From: a virus
Lineage: Duplodnaviria > Caudoviricetes
Reading direction: 5' to 3' (one strand)
Length of the DNA stretch: 64,000 nucleotides
Virus record (IMG/VR): IMGVR_UViG_2788500220_000013
Coordinates: 44,872 to 108,871 of that record
Shown here: positions 1 through 8,997 of the stretch, piece after piece
Numbering within the stretch: the stretch's first letter is position 1
How the letters are laid out: every line of letters begins with the position of its first letter
Notes under the pieces: generated by a model
Databases searched by the model: none
Seen by the model: the letters and a program-made list of their open reading frames with translations, nothing else
Told to the model about the DNA's origin: nothing
Position numbers and translations under genes: made by a program

Positions 1-758
1 TGGGTAGGTCGGGGAAAAACCCTAATTTTTGTACCAGAAATTCTGTAACTATAATTTGATCTTCTTACCCTATTAGATATATCCATTTGTCCTGCTCGAA
101 GAATATCTTCAAAGACTGGTAGCACATAGAATACTGTTTCTGGGGTAAATGATTCAAAGCTAAATTCATTGTTAAGATAATTTATTGCAGATGTTGTATC
201 AAAGAATCTATATGCAGCCTGAGGTGAAAAATGGTATACATCAAGAATCTTTATTTTTGTCTGGGGATCATTTTGTGCGCTGTCAAATAATGCATCACCG
301 TTCTCGTCTTTAAGCTCAGAATATATATCATAATCTTGTTGATCTTGTACTAACTGAATAGATCCTGACATCGTGTTATATGATCCACCTATGCCGGCTT
401 CCATCGCATATGGCTCTGCGCGGCGTAATAAAAATTCTAAATTTTCAAGTGGAAATAGCTGTTCTTTTCCATGGGGGCCTACATCATATGATCCAGACAT
501 ATTGCTGCCAGTAGGAAATCCTAGCAGGTTCATTAAGTGAGACTCTGCCTGAAATTCGTTAACAATCTTGCCATATTCTAAAAATGATTCTTCAAAACAT
601 GTCCAAATTTGTTTTTTTGTTAGCTCTACGCTTAGTATGTCATCCCCAAGCTTTCTTTTAACAAAAGTAACTAATGCATCGGCCTCAAATTGAAATGAAG
701 CGTCGTCATCAAAGAAACCAAAAGGAGTCGGATTAAGTGTGTTTATAAATGATGCCAT
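1..758 (-). CDS. gp13: Neck/head-completion protein, T4 gp13-like (runs off the left window edge; not in the ORF track)
   Basis: Manual translation from ATG at 758 (GGAG upstream): MASFINTLNPTPFGFFDDDASFQFEADALVTFVKRKLGDDILSVELTKKQIWTCFEESFLEYG. This matches the gp13 pattern '[20 protein letters not shown]'. It lies directly downstream of the major capsid gene. Confidence 0.8.
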   Translation of the reverse strand, partial: MASFINTLNPTPFGFFDDDASFQFEADALVTFVKRKLGDDILSVELTKKQIWTCFEESFLEYGKIVNEFQAESHLMNLLGFPTGSNMSGSYDVGPHGKEQLFPLENLEFLLRRAEPYAMEAGIGGSYNTMSGSIQLVQDQQDYDIYSELKDENGDALFDSAQNDPQTKIKILDVYHFSPQAAYRFFDTTSAINYLNNEFSFESFTPETVFYVLPVFEDILRAGQMDISNRVRRSNYSYRISGTKIRVFPRPT

Positions 759-787
759 TAAGATACTCCGATTCGCTAAATCACTAA

Positions 788-794
788 TAAATAT
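788..794 (-). promoter_or_regulatory. Putative late-promoter motif ATATTTA upstream of gp13
   Basis: The same ATANTTA motif recurs upstream of several structural genes (4685, 13173, 21359, 23482, 33384, 50278). Confidence 0.45.
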
Positions 795-865
795 GTAGCT
801 TCGACTATGGTTGACAGAACCAACTCAATAAGCGGCTCAAGAATATCATAAGAATGAAAAAAAAG

Positions 866-903
866 TAGATAAAACAAAAGCGGCTCCTAAAAAGGAGCCG
901 CTT
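866..903 (-). terminator. Rho-independent terminator after the major capsid gene
   Basis: Perfect 11-bp stem AAGCGGCTCCT/AGGAGCCGCTT with a 4-nt loop (878-903), followed on the minus strand by TTGTTTT and a further T run. It starts about 25 nt after the capsid stop. Confidence 0.9.
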
Positions 904-927
904 GGAAGGTTGGTTTTAAACTATCTG

Positions 928-2793
928 TTAGATAACGTCAAGATCTAGAACCGTAACTGTACCGTAGAAGTCAGCACGAACCATCTTCTTACCATACCGG
1001 GTCATTACGCCCTTACGAGGAGTGAAATCCTCAGGAGCGAAAATAGTCGGTGTGACAATCAATGGAACATATGGCGCGTAGACGTAACCGGTCTCAAGGT
1101 AGCTTCCACCCTTATACCCAACAAGAATCTTGTTGCGTGGGAAGTAAGGATCCTTGTAAACCGTAAAGCGGTTACTAAGTGTACCCACCTTCTCAGCACC
1201 AAGACTCATTGGGGCACCAACCTGACCATCGCCGTCAAGGCTATAGGAAGGCCGGTAAAGGACGGAAGACTCAAGGATGGTAGCCACATCAGGACCAACA
1301 ACCATGAAGTTCGCCGAACCCCTAAGGGTCTTACGGTGGATTGTATTTGCACAATCAATTACAGTCTCAGTAAGAGTCTCATACCACTCGCGGACGGTAC
1401 CAGTAAACTGTGGACCAGGGGCACCGGCAGGAGTCTGGGTCTGGAAGACCTCAGCGCCGGAATTCTTATTAACAAACTTACCAGGTGCGCGACTCCAGAA
1501 GAGATTAGCACCAGAAGCCGAGGTAAGAAGATCGTTGAGGATTTCACGGTCAAGCTCTAGAGCAATCTGCTCAGAGAGAATCTGCGTAAGCTCAACCTCT
1601 GCATCAAGGCTGTGATAAGCGTTAAGATCCTGTGCAAGTTCCGGACTCCAACGAGCTCGTAACTTACGAGTTACTGCGGTAACAGCAATTGATTCAATCT
1701 TGATATCAATTTCTGGAATCTCAGGGGAAGGCTCAGTATCAAAATCTGATTCAAAGGATGGTACAACCAAACTATCACCAGAATCGCCAGATGCTCTTGT
1801 AGGAGCCTGAACAAATGATACTGCCATGCCAGCTGCTTGAGTAGCGGTATCGCCAACAATTACCAAAAGCTCGTCTCCGCTCATTGCATTTGGCGTCCAC
1901 GGATTCGTAAGATTGCTTGGATCCCAATCACCACGCTGATTAAGGCGTCGGATATTTTGGATACTAGTACCATGCTCTTGTAAGCCTCCTGGAAGTGCGC
2001 CTGCATCAGCATGCCCATGAACTGCAAAATCCTTAATCATTGTTTTGTCTGCACGATTGAAATCGGAACCAGATATATCAATAATCAAGGCGCTGAAACC
2101 CTCACCGTCGTCGTCGATCGATGCTAGGACAGCAGGATCAAATTGAAGCAGTTTGGCATCTTTACCAGCACTATCAAGTGTAGCACCATCAACGAATGCA
2201 CCGTTTGTAGCACCATGAGCGCCACAAGAAACTCCGGCTGTTACGGTTACATTCTCATGTACTCGAGAATAACCGCTACCAGCAAGATTGTACATACCAC
2301 CGAGAGCATCAGAACCAGCCTGAATGTTTCCTACAGGCGAGCTATAAATAGATGCACCCGCTGAGTATGTATGTGTTCCATCAGCTGGTGTTCCGCCTGT
2401 TGGACTTGCACTTGCACCGACGTTTGAGCCGTATGTATAGTCAAGATAGAAAAGAAGCCCACTGGGGAGGCTCATTGGTTGAATAGAAACGAGCTCGTTT
2501 GCTACTAGGCCACCGAATACACGGCGAACGATTGGGAACGCAATATTGGTAAAACCACGAATATCACCACTAGCAACGCCAGTGCCGCTACCATCACCAA
2601 GTGAGTTAGCCTCTCGTAGCTGCTGTGCAGCCTGGTTTTCGAGTAGCATAGCCATATTTTCACGATATACGCTATCCAGACCACGAAGCAAACCAGTACG
2701 AGACCACTTTTCCACCAAGCGGCGGTTAGCCGTTCCAAGATGTCGCTGGCGAATTCCTTCGGTCAGCTGTTCTAAAGTAAAAGTCTTCGACAT
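928..2793 (-). CDS. gp23: Major capsid protein, T4 gp23-like (HK97 fold)
   Basis: Motifs LLENQ, 'FPIVRRVFGGLVANELVSIQPMSLPSGLLFYLDY', 'TRKLRARWSPELAQDLNAYHSLDAEVEL', 'GYVYAPYVPL', 'FTPRKGVMTRYG'. Strong SD (AGGAG) and a downstream terminator. Confidence 0.97.
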   Translation of the reverse strand: MSKTFTLEQLTEGIRQRHLGTANRRLVEKWSRTGLLRGLDSVYRENMAMLLENQAAQQLREANSLGDGSGTGVASGDIRGFTNIAFPIVRRVFGGLVANELVSIQPMSLPSGLLFYLDYTYGSNVGASASPTGGTPADGTHTYSAGASIYSSPVGNIQAGSDALGGMYNLAGSGYSRVHENVTVTAGVSCGAHGATNGAFVDGATLDSAGKDAKLLQFDPAVLASIDDDGEGFSALIIDISGSDFNRADKTMIKDFAVHGHADAGALPGGLQEHGTSIQNIRRLNQRGDWDPSNLTNPWTPNAMSGDELLVIVGDTATQAAGMAVSFVQAPTRASGDSGDSLVVPSFESDFDTEPSPEIPEIDIKIESIAVTAVTRKLRARWSPELAQDLNAYHSLDAEVELTQILSEQIALELDREILNDLLTSASGANLFWSRAPGKFVNKNSGAEVFQTQTPAGAPGPQFTGTVREWYETLTETVIDCANTIHRKTLRGSANFMVVGPDVATILESSVLYRPSYSLDGDGQVGAPMSLGAEKVGTLSNRFTVYKDPYFPRNKILVGYKGGSYLETGYVYAPYVPLIVTPTIFAPEDFTPRKGVMTRYGKKMVRADFYGTVTVLDLDVI

Positions 2794-2836
2794 TGTTAAA
2801 TTCTCCTATTTGTTGTGTTAGACATATTAAATGCGT

Positions 2837-4663
2837 CTACTTTTTAATTCCCGCTAGAACTTGCCAGCGGTTATCTGCCTCAACACCACTTTTGGCCGGA
2901 GCTGCCGACCGGGTTGATCTGGAAGACGAACCTGAAGTTCGAATACGACTCTCTTTTAACGTTGACGCTGAACGTCGTTGGAGTGAGGAAGTTAGGCTCT
3001 TATAAAGGAGCTTGGCTTCTCTAAGTGTCTTTGCCTCATCGAGAGCTTGGACAACTTGTCGCTGTTGTTTTGCCGTAATATTACGATTCTGCATAAGCTT
3101 ATTTGCATAAAGCAACTTCGCATTAAACAGATTCATCTCAGAAAGCTGTGAACGCAGAGTCTTTACGGCCTTAGCGTATTCTGCTAGCTTCTTCTTAAGA
3201 GCTCGATTAGTCCGGCTCTCATTGGTCCTGTTTCTGCGCCGGCGCCGGGTCTCAGCAACAGCAGCAGCTGCGCTTCCGCTAGCGGCGGTCACACTCCCTA
3301 GCTCATCAGCTAAGGCATTTAAAAGCGTATCTTCATCGACATCAACGAATGCTTCATCATCGACATCACCACCACCAAATGCATCGGCAGTCTGTGATGG
3401 ATCATCTACACCAGATGTCTCTTCTCGAATGTGGCGACGGCGAGTGCGGCTAGTTTCTTTAAGCTTCTTCATCCGGCGTAGTTCACTACGAAGCATAGCC
3501 TCATCAATCTCTACAACATCAGACTCATCAACTTCATCAACCTCGTCGACTTCATCGAATTCGTACATTCCCTCTCCGAGGTCAAAGTCATCGTCTCCAC
3601 CCTCTTCTTCAGGGGCTTCCTCACCGACTTCGGCTTCTTCATCGCCACCCTCTTCTTCAGAAGGCTCTTCGATTTCGAGGTCTATATCTAAATCAGCAAG
3701 AACATCCTCTACTGTTTCTGCTTCATCCTCTTCAGGCGTTAGGGTCAGCACGGCATCCAACTCAGCAAGTTCTAACCGATCTGACTCAAAAAGCCTTGCA
3801 AATTTACTGTTACGGCTATTTGACATTATTTTCATCTCCTTAATAATTGCAATTGCACGTTGACGGAGCCGACTTGAACTTGACTCTCCTTCACTAAATA
3901 TTACGTGTCCTTTCAAACTTCCCACTTCTTTTAACAACTTTATGTAATAATTGCGCATAATCTCTCTCTGGGAGGAACTTAGTTTCCTTCCTTCGAATGC
4001 CTCAATTATACGTTTAAAGTTACTAACCTTATTTCCCAACTTATATATTTTTTTCTCAAGAACTACTCGTTGGGAAGTTTGCTCTCTTTTCCGCAACAAA
4101 AGCGCAAGCGCCTCAGCTATTGGTTCATCAAGCAACAAATCTTCTTCTCCGTCATCTTCTGCGCTTTCTTCATCAGAAGTAGCAAGGTCAATATTAACCT
4201 TGCTTGTGTCGACGTTAACACCACCGTCTGAAGAAACTTGTACATCAACATCAGCACCAACAGGAACTGTAAGTGATGGGCCGGTCTCATCAGCATCTAA
4301 TTGCACCCCAGAATCATCAAGGCCGGACATATCCGGGTCTAAAGCATCTGTGGAACTTAAATCATCTAAATTGATTGTCATCATCTCTGTATCGCCAGTA
4401 CCATCAGTTGGCGAGTCAGTCCCTGCAGGACCCTCAGGCGATGCCAAAGTCTCTGTGTCATCTGACAACCCTAAATCATCTAATTCTAGATCTTCAGATT
4501 CACCAGATTCTTCACTGCTGTCCTCCCCTAATAACTCACGCTCAATCATGCGCCGAATTTTTGGAGTAACTGCATCTATGATTCTATTTTTTGCATTACG
4601 TTCAGCCATCTCTTTTAACTGTTTGGCTTCGGCTATTGCTTCATGATATAGGCTAGCTGACAT
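2837..4663 (-). CDS. Prohead core/scaffolding protein (gp22-like)
   Basis: Immediately upstream of the capsid gene. Very acidic and low-complexity, with coiled-coil ends (C-terminal 'EMNLFNAKLLYANKL'). Start moved to ATG 4663 (GGGAG SD) rather than 4699. Confidence 0.75.
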   Translation of the reverse strand: MSASLYHEAIAEAKQLKEMAERNAKNRIIDAVTPKIRRMIERELLGEDSSEESGESEDLELDDLGLSDDTETLASPEGPAGTDSPTDGTGDTEMMTINLDDLSSTDALDPDMSGLDDSGVQLDADETGPSLTVPVGADVDVQVSSDGGVNVDTSKVNIDLATSDEESAEDDGEEDLLLDEPIAEALALLLRKREQTSQRVVLEKKIYKLGNKVSNFKRIIEAFEGRKLSSSQREIMRNYYIKLLKEVGSLKGHVIFSEGESSSSRLRQRAIAIIKEMKIMSNSRNSKFARLFESDRLELAELDAVLTLTPEEDEAETVEDVLADLDIDLEIEEPSEEEGGDEEAEVGEEAPEEEGGDDDFDLGEGMYEFDEVDEVDEVDESDVVEIDEAMLRSELRRMKKLKETSRTRRRHIREETSGVDDPSQTADAFGGGDVDDEAFVDVDEDTLLNALADELGSVTAASGSAAAAVAETRRRRRNRTNESRTNRALKKKLAEYAKAVKTLRSQLSEMNLFNAKLLYANKLMQNRNITAKQQRQVVQALDEAKTLREAKLLYKSLTSSLQRRSASTLKESRIRTSGSSSRSTRSAAPAKSGVEADNRWQVLAGIKK

Positions 4664-4684
4664 AAATTTCTCCCGTGTATCCAT

Positions 4685-4691
4685 TAAATAT
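4685..4691 (-). promoter_or_regulatory. Putative late-promoter motif ATATTTA upstream of scaffold/capsid
   Basis: Recurrent motif, about 20 nt upstream of the scaffold start. Confidence 0.45.
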
Positions 4692-4734
4692 ATCGTCACG
4701 TGTAAAAGTTACATATCAGACATCATAACGATTA

Positions 4735-5337
4735 CTATAATTCCTTCTCGGTTTCTTGTTGATAAAAGATATTGGCTATTAATTTCCTGAGATCTTTAAT
4801 CGTTAACTCATCATCTGATGTTAAATTTTCTAATTCGTATACTGGGTCATCTTCAACGACGTCAACATGCACAGGCTTAGACCACCCTATCTTGCTACCG
4901 GTTGGCCGGCCACTTGGATGATAGCCTGGTGGATGGAAATTGGCAGGGGATGCGCCCCCACCAGCGGAGGCAGTTCTTTTTTTATAAAGGTCAGGAATAG
5001 GACTTAACCCAGTTGATATCCCTTGTGCACGTTCTTTCAATTTATTATTACCTGCCACAAAATAAAATGGATCTCCGCTTGCTGCATCTAAATAATCTAC
5101 TGGATTGTAACCAATGTTAACCATCTTAACAAACAAATCTATATCATCATCATCGATAGGTAAATCTATATCATCATCTAATTCTATATCATCATCAATA
5201 TAAGGAAAAACGCCCTGCAGTTGGCGGGGCGTTTGAAATTTAGGCTCCAGGATTCCGTACCCTAGACCTTTGCGGTCATCATAGGATCCTATGCCTTGTT
5301 TATATCCTTGTAATTTTGCGTCTTGTCTTTTAGGCAT
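4735..5337 (-). CDS. Hypothetical head-module protein
   Basis: 200-aa ORF with an SD (AGGTGG), within the head operon; no family recognised. Confidence 0.7.
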   Translation of the reverse strand: MPKRQDAKLQGYKQGIGSYDDRKGLGYGILEPKFQTPRQLQGVFPYIDDDIELDDDIDLPIDDDDIDLFVKMVNIGYNPVDYLDAASGDPFYFVAGNNKLKERAQGISTGLSPIPDLYKKRTASAGGGASPANFHPPGYHPSGRPTGSKIGWSKPVHVDVVEDDPVYELENLTSDDELTIKDLRKLIANIFYQQETEKEL

Positions 5338-5352
5338 ATTCTGGCCACCTTA

Positions 5353-5892
5353 TCAACCGGTAGGAGAAGAACCTAATATATAATCATTGACAGTAAACGT
5401 ATCAATCTTTGCAGAAGAGCGGGCAGGTGACAATACTGCACCTTCCCCAGAGCCCGGTGTTGATGCGGATGGCACAGCTTTCTCCATCCAGGCAGGAGGA
5501 GAAGACATTGCATCCCACGGGCTGCCGGCAGGGGCTGATGCTGCGACATTCGGGCCCCACGGACTACCAGGATCAGAATTTCCACCAGTTTTAAAAGCGG
5601 TGTTTACATCACCGTAATTAAAATTACTAGCATGTGCGGCAAACTCTCGACTATAATCAGCCATTCCCCAATGTGCTAATGCACCGGGGCCTTGAGGGGC
5701 CCCATCAATTACCAATTTCTGAAAATTGACTAGAAGATCTTTTCGACCGTTATCACTGGTAATCCATTTGGGTGTATTAGGAAAACATGCCGTCAAAGAT
5801 GCCTTATTTGATCTAGATATCCCGCTAATTGGGCCAAGGCCGCCATCAGCACCTGGTCTGGTGTCTACCGTATTTTGACCTGCTGAAGGCAT
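5353..5892 (-). CDS. Hypothetical Gly/Pro/Ser-rich virion protein, paralog of 5907..6386
   Basis: Collinear motifs shared with its neighbour (QKLVIDG/QKNVLDG, YGDV/FGDV, PGSPWGPN/PASAWMPN, GSGEG..LSP/GSGVG..LNP). Confidence 0.7.
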   Translation of the reverse strand: MPSAGQNTVDTRPGADGGLGPISGISRSNKASLTACFPNTPKWITSDNGRKDLLVNFQKLVIDGAPQGPGALAHWGMADYSREFAAHASNFNYGDVNTAFKTGGNSDPGSPWGPNVAASAPAGSPWDAMSSPPAWMEKAVPSASTPGSGEGAVLSPARSSAKIDTFTVNDYILGSSPTG

Positions 5893-5906
5893 TCAAGAAT
5901 CCTTTA

Positions 5907-6386
5907 TTAGCTTGGCTGGCTTTTTCCAAACCCATAATCACCAAGCGTCTGGCCAGATTGAGCTTTCGAAGAGGTTTTTGGATTTAATTGTGATCCAACA
6001 CCAGAGCCCCATGTATCGCTCGGCGTTTCTCCATAACCTTTAGGCGCCTCGCCTTGTTTTGTTGGGTCTAGGCCGTTTCCTTCTCCAGGACTTGTTGGAT
6101 TAGGCATCCAAGCGCTAGCAGGAAGACCGCCGCCGCCGGTTTCTACATCGCCGAAATCTGGGGCATCAGCATAATCTCTGCTAAAAACGCCAAAAGTATG
6201 TCCTTGATCGTTGACCGTTCCATCCAAAACATTTTTTTGATAATCATCTTCTACGCTTTCTTTTGTAAGCGACCCATCATGGATAGGGCTAGAAGAATAT
6301 ATATCTGACATACTTTGTGATGCAGACTTGCCTAATGACCGATCTGTTACAACTGCTTCAACAGTTACTTGCTTATGTGTAGGCAT
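5907..6386 (-). CDS. Hypothetical Gly/Pro/Ser-rich virion protein, paralog of 5353..5892
   Basis: Strong SD (AAGGAG); motifs shared with its neighbour. Confidence 0.75.
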   Translation of the reverse strand: MPTHKQVTVEAVVTDRSLGKSASQSMSDIYSSSPIHDGSLTKESVEDDYQKNVLDGTVNDQGHTFGVFSRDYADAPDFGDVETGGGGLPASAWMPNPTSPGEGNGLDPTKQGEAPKGYGETPSDTWGSGVGSQLNPKTSSKAQSGQTLGDYGFGKSQPS

Positions 6387-6409
6387 TTAATATCTCCTTA
6401 AATTTAAAT

Positions 6410-6697
6410 TTATAGTTTTCTTAAAACTTTTCTACGGAGCTTCTTTCTGGCCTCATTTACTTTTGCTGCTCTGCGTTGCAAACGCTTCATTTCAACTTTA
6501 AGCACCTTAAGGTGGTCTAAATCTTTTTCAAGAGCACCTGCTTGCTCATCAGCATCTAATTCTTGAGCATCAACCTTCTCAGGATCATCCTTACCTTGCT
6601 CCAGTGTTTCCAAGCGGATTCTGCGGGCCAGTTTTCTTTTTTCTTCTAGCACCAAACGCCGTAGCATTTTAGGGGTTAACTTTCGTACATTCGCCAT
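6410..6697 (-). CDS. Small basic coiled-coil protein, possible internal head protein
   Basis: AGGAG SD; N-terminal KLTPKMLRRLVLEE motif; located in the head module. Confidence 0.7.
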   Translation of the reverse strand: MANVRKLTPKMLRRLVLEEKRKLARRIRLETLEQGKDDPEKVDAQELDADEQAGALEKDLDHLKVLKVEMKRLQRRAAKVNEARKKLRRKVLRKL

Positions 6698-6769
6698 GAT
6701 TTTAGTCTCCTATTAATTTAAACAAAACGAAACGATTCTATTATACATATTTCGTTGATGGGATTTATT

Positions 6770-7180
6770 CTAATTACCTTCTGTTTTTTTAGCATCAGAA
6801 AATGCTAGCGCTGCCCAATTTTGTGCAGCCTCTCCAAATGTATCATCTACACTCTCGACCGACGGTGTATCAATAATATCTGATTTTACATTTGAGCGTG
6901 GCTCATGAACCTGTTGTTCTTGCAGTGTTGTTGCAGCTGTATCAGCAAAAATTGATGCCATAGTACTATCACTAGTTAATGCATTAACCGTTCTATTGAC
7001 AGCACTTTCAAATTGCTTCGTAGGACGAGACTGAGTTCGAGTAGTTGGGCGAGCCCTTAGATCTCTTGATTCTTTAAGTGCTGATGTACTTTGGCTTTGA
7101 CCGGTAAGGCCTTCTTCTAGTATTTCAACAAGACATTCCTTAACAATCGACTTAAGTTGGCTTCTAGATAATTTTGCCAT
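6770..7180 (-). CDS. Hypothetical head-associated protein
   Basis: N-terminal KLSRSQLKSIVKECLVEILEEG; TAATG-coupled to the upstream gene. Confidence 0.7.
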   Translation of the reverse strand: MAKLSRSQLKSIVKECLVEILEEGLTGQSQSTSALKESRDLRARPTTRTQSRPTKQFESAVNRTVNALTSDSTMASIFADTAATTLQEQQVHEPRSNVKSDIIDTPSVESVDDTFGEAAQNWAALAFSDAKKTEGN

Positions 7181-7527
7181 TATGCAACACTTCCTAAATT
7201 ATTCTGATCAATTGCAGGCAATGCCTTGGCAGGAATGCCTGTTACTTCTGCACAAACTGAAACTCCTCCGTCGTTGACAGTGACCTCTATTTGTTTACAT
7301 TTTACTTCAAATCTGACCGGGGTTCCGTTGGGCAGTGTAAAGACACCGTCATTTAAATTACCAAAGGCGACTGAATTGTCATCCCCGGTGGAACAAACAA
7401 CAACAGCACTAGTAACAAACTCTAGGTCAACAGTGTAAGATGAGGTGTCAGACGTTATAAAAGGTACACCTGATGATTGAAATTCAGCGGTTGAACCTAT
7501 TCCTGGCTTATGATAATTTAAAGGCAT
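7180..7527 (-). CDS. Hypothetical small beta-rich virion protein
   Basis: 115 aa; TAATG-coupled to the protease stop; alternating hydrophobic strand pattern. Confidence 0.7.
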   Translation of the reverse strand: MPLNYHKPGIGSTAEFQSSGVPFITSDTSSYTVDLEFVTSAVVVCSTGDDNSVAFGNLNDGVFTLPNGTPVRFEVKCKQIEVTVNDGGVSVCAEVTGIPAKALPAIDQNNLGSVA

Positions 7528-8150
7528 TATTTATTCTCCCAATTCATGATATCGTTGAAAATCCTATCAATGCGATCTGACTTTGTAAAGAATTTATCCA
7601 GGTCCCCGCGTGAAACTAAAATATCCTTACCTTCCTGCATCATAAAAGCGCCAGGGGTTGAAGGTTCCGAAACAAAATCCCAGCAAATTAATTGAAAATC
7701 GTCTTGTACTACCTGGTAGTCACCCTCTGACCGGGTGGAGCCTACACCTCTTGATGATATCCCTAATGTAACACCAGCCTCAACAAGATTTTGGAGAATC
7801 TTTCCACATGGGGTATCTAATAATTCGACAGTCCCCTTACATACATCACCCTCCATCCAGGCCTCTCGTATAATATGGGAAACATTCTTTAGCTCTACAA
7901 CTGATGAATCTGGATGGTCACATTCTCCCAAGGCACGATTTTCTTTAATAAACTTTTGATAATTTCTTACTTCTCTTTCCAAAATAGTCCGTGGGTATAT
8001 TCTGCCATTCTGGTTTAGTGTATCAGACTTTTGAAGAATCCCCTTCATAACAATCTTACCATCATTATTATCTCGGGATTCCTTAATCATATCTGGTGTG
8101 TATTCCCAAGGAGTCCACCCTGTAAGCAGCTTTAATTTCGGCTCAGCCAT
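7527..8150 (-). CDS. gp21: Prohead core protease, T4 gp21-like
   Basis: 'GILQKSDTLNQNGRIYPR', 'ALGECDHP', 'VSHII', 'LLDTPCG', 'LGISSRGVGS', 'DFVSEPSTPGAF'. ATG 8150 (GGAG SD) preferred to GTG 8156. Confidence 0.95.
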   Translation of the reverse strand: MAEPKLKLLTGWTPWEYTPDMIKESRDNNDGKIVMKGILQKSDTLNQNGRIYPRTILEREVRNYQKFIKENRALGECDHPDSSVVELKNVSHIIREAWMEGDVCKGTVELLDTPCGKILQNLVEAGVTLGISSRGVGSTRSEGDYQVVQDDFQLICWDFVSEPSTPGAFMMQEGKDILVSRGDLDKFFTKSDRIDRIFNDIMNWENK

Positions 8151-8997
8151 TTTCACTCTCCAATAATTCTTTCTTTAGGCCTGACACTAACAAGAACTTT
8201 GCTATTACGTCATCGTCTATAGAAGTAAACTTAAAGTCGTTCACATTTTCTCTTACAACATTGATTTTTTCATTTAAAACATCATTATCACAGGTCTCAG
8301 AAAAATAATCAATTTCGCTTAATGTCGACTCCCTTAAGTATTCTAAATATTTCCTAAATTGCCCCGTATCTCCGCTAGATAAGCTAAAAACATACTCTTG
8401 AATTAATTTTGCCTGATCACTGTTTAGGGCCTGGCCATATTTCTTATTAAACTTTTCTGTCATAATCTTAACTGATAGTGAGTTAACATCTTCATCACGA
8501 TGGTATGACACGTCTTCTTCCACACGCTCAGTCATTAGCCACTCACAGACAATATCTTCATACTTTGCTATCCTTACTAAATCCGAAGCCCTTTCGCGGC
8601 GCCAATCATTTAATAAGGTTTGAATGGTCGCATATGACCTATAATCACCAACATGTTGGTGGTAAAAATTTTGATCATCTATTCGATAATTAATCTCTTT
8701 TATTAATGCTGCCTTTTCGCGGCGTAGCTGATCTTTATCAAATCCAATAGCGGCTTTTTTGGCCTCACCTAAAATTCTTGTAGCTAAAGACTCAGACTTA
8801 ACAGTCGTCTTAACTAGCGCATTAAATAATCTAAATTCTCTATATAATTGTGAGCCAGGTTTAAAATGCTTTTTTAAGATCTCTGATGTAACCTTGGCCT
8901 TGAGTTCATCGCCCTCAACCAAAGACTCAGAAATACATCTAAGTAACTGCTCATATATTATTCCAACATTACGTTTTTTATTATGTGCTTTTGCCAT
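8143..8997 (-). CDS. Hypothetical helical protein between portal and protease
   Basis: 284 aa (HNKKRNVGIIYEQL...); overlaps both neighbours. Confidence 0.75.
   Translation of the reverse strand: MAKAHNKKRNVGIIYEQLLRCISESLVEGDELKAKVTSEILKKHFKPGSQLYREFRLFNALVKTTVKSESLATRILGEAKKAAIGFDKDQLRREKAALIKEINYRIDDQNFYHQHVGDYRSYATIQTLLNDWRRERASDLVRIAKYEDIVCEWLMTERVEEDVSYHRDEDVNSLSVKIMTEKFNKKYGQALNSDQAKLIQEYVFSLSSGDTGQFRKYLEYLRESTLSEIDYFSETCDNDVLNEKINVVRENVNDFKFTSIDDDVIAKFLLVSGLKKELLESENG

Noticed and set aside
759-927. tRNA or structured ncRNA in the larger intergenic gaps
   Set aside because: No cloverleaf or T-loop motif was seen; only the terminator hairpin and a promoter-like motif.
3222-4646. Long plus-strand Ser-rich ORFs (3222..3863, 3951..4646; also 9441..9695 and other plus-strand ORFs)
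   Set aside because: They are antisense shadows of Asp/Glu-rich minus-strand genes, with no recognisable motifs.
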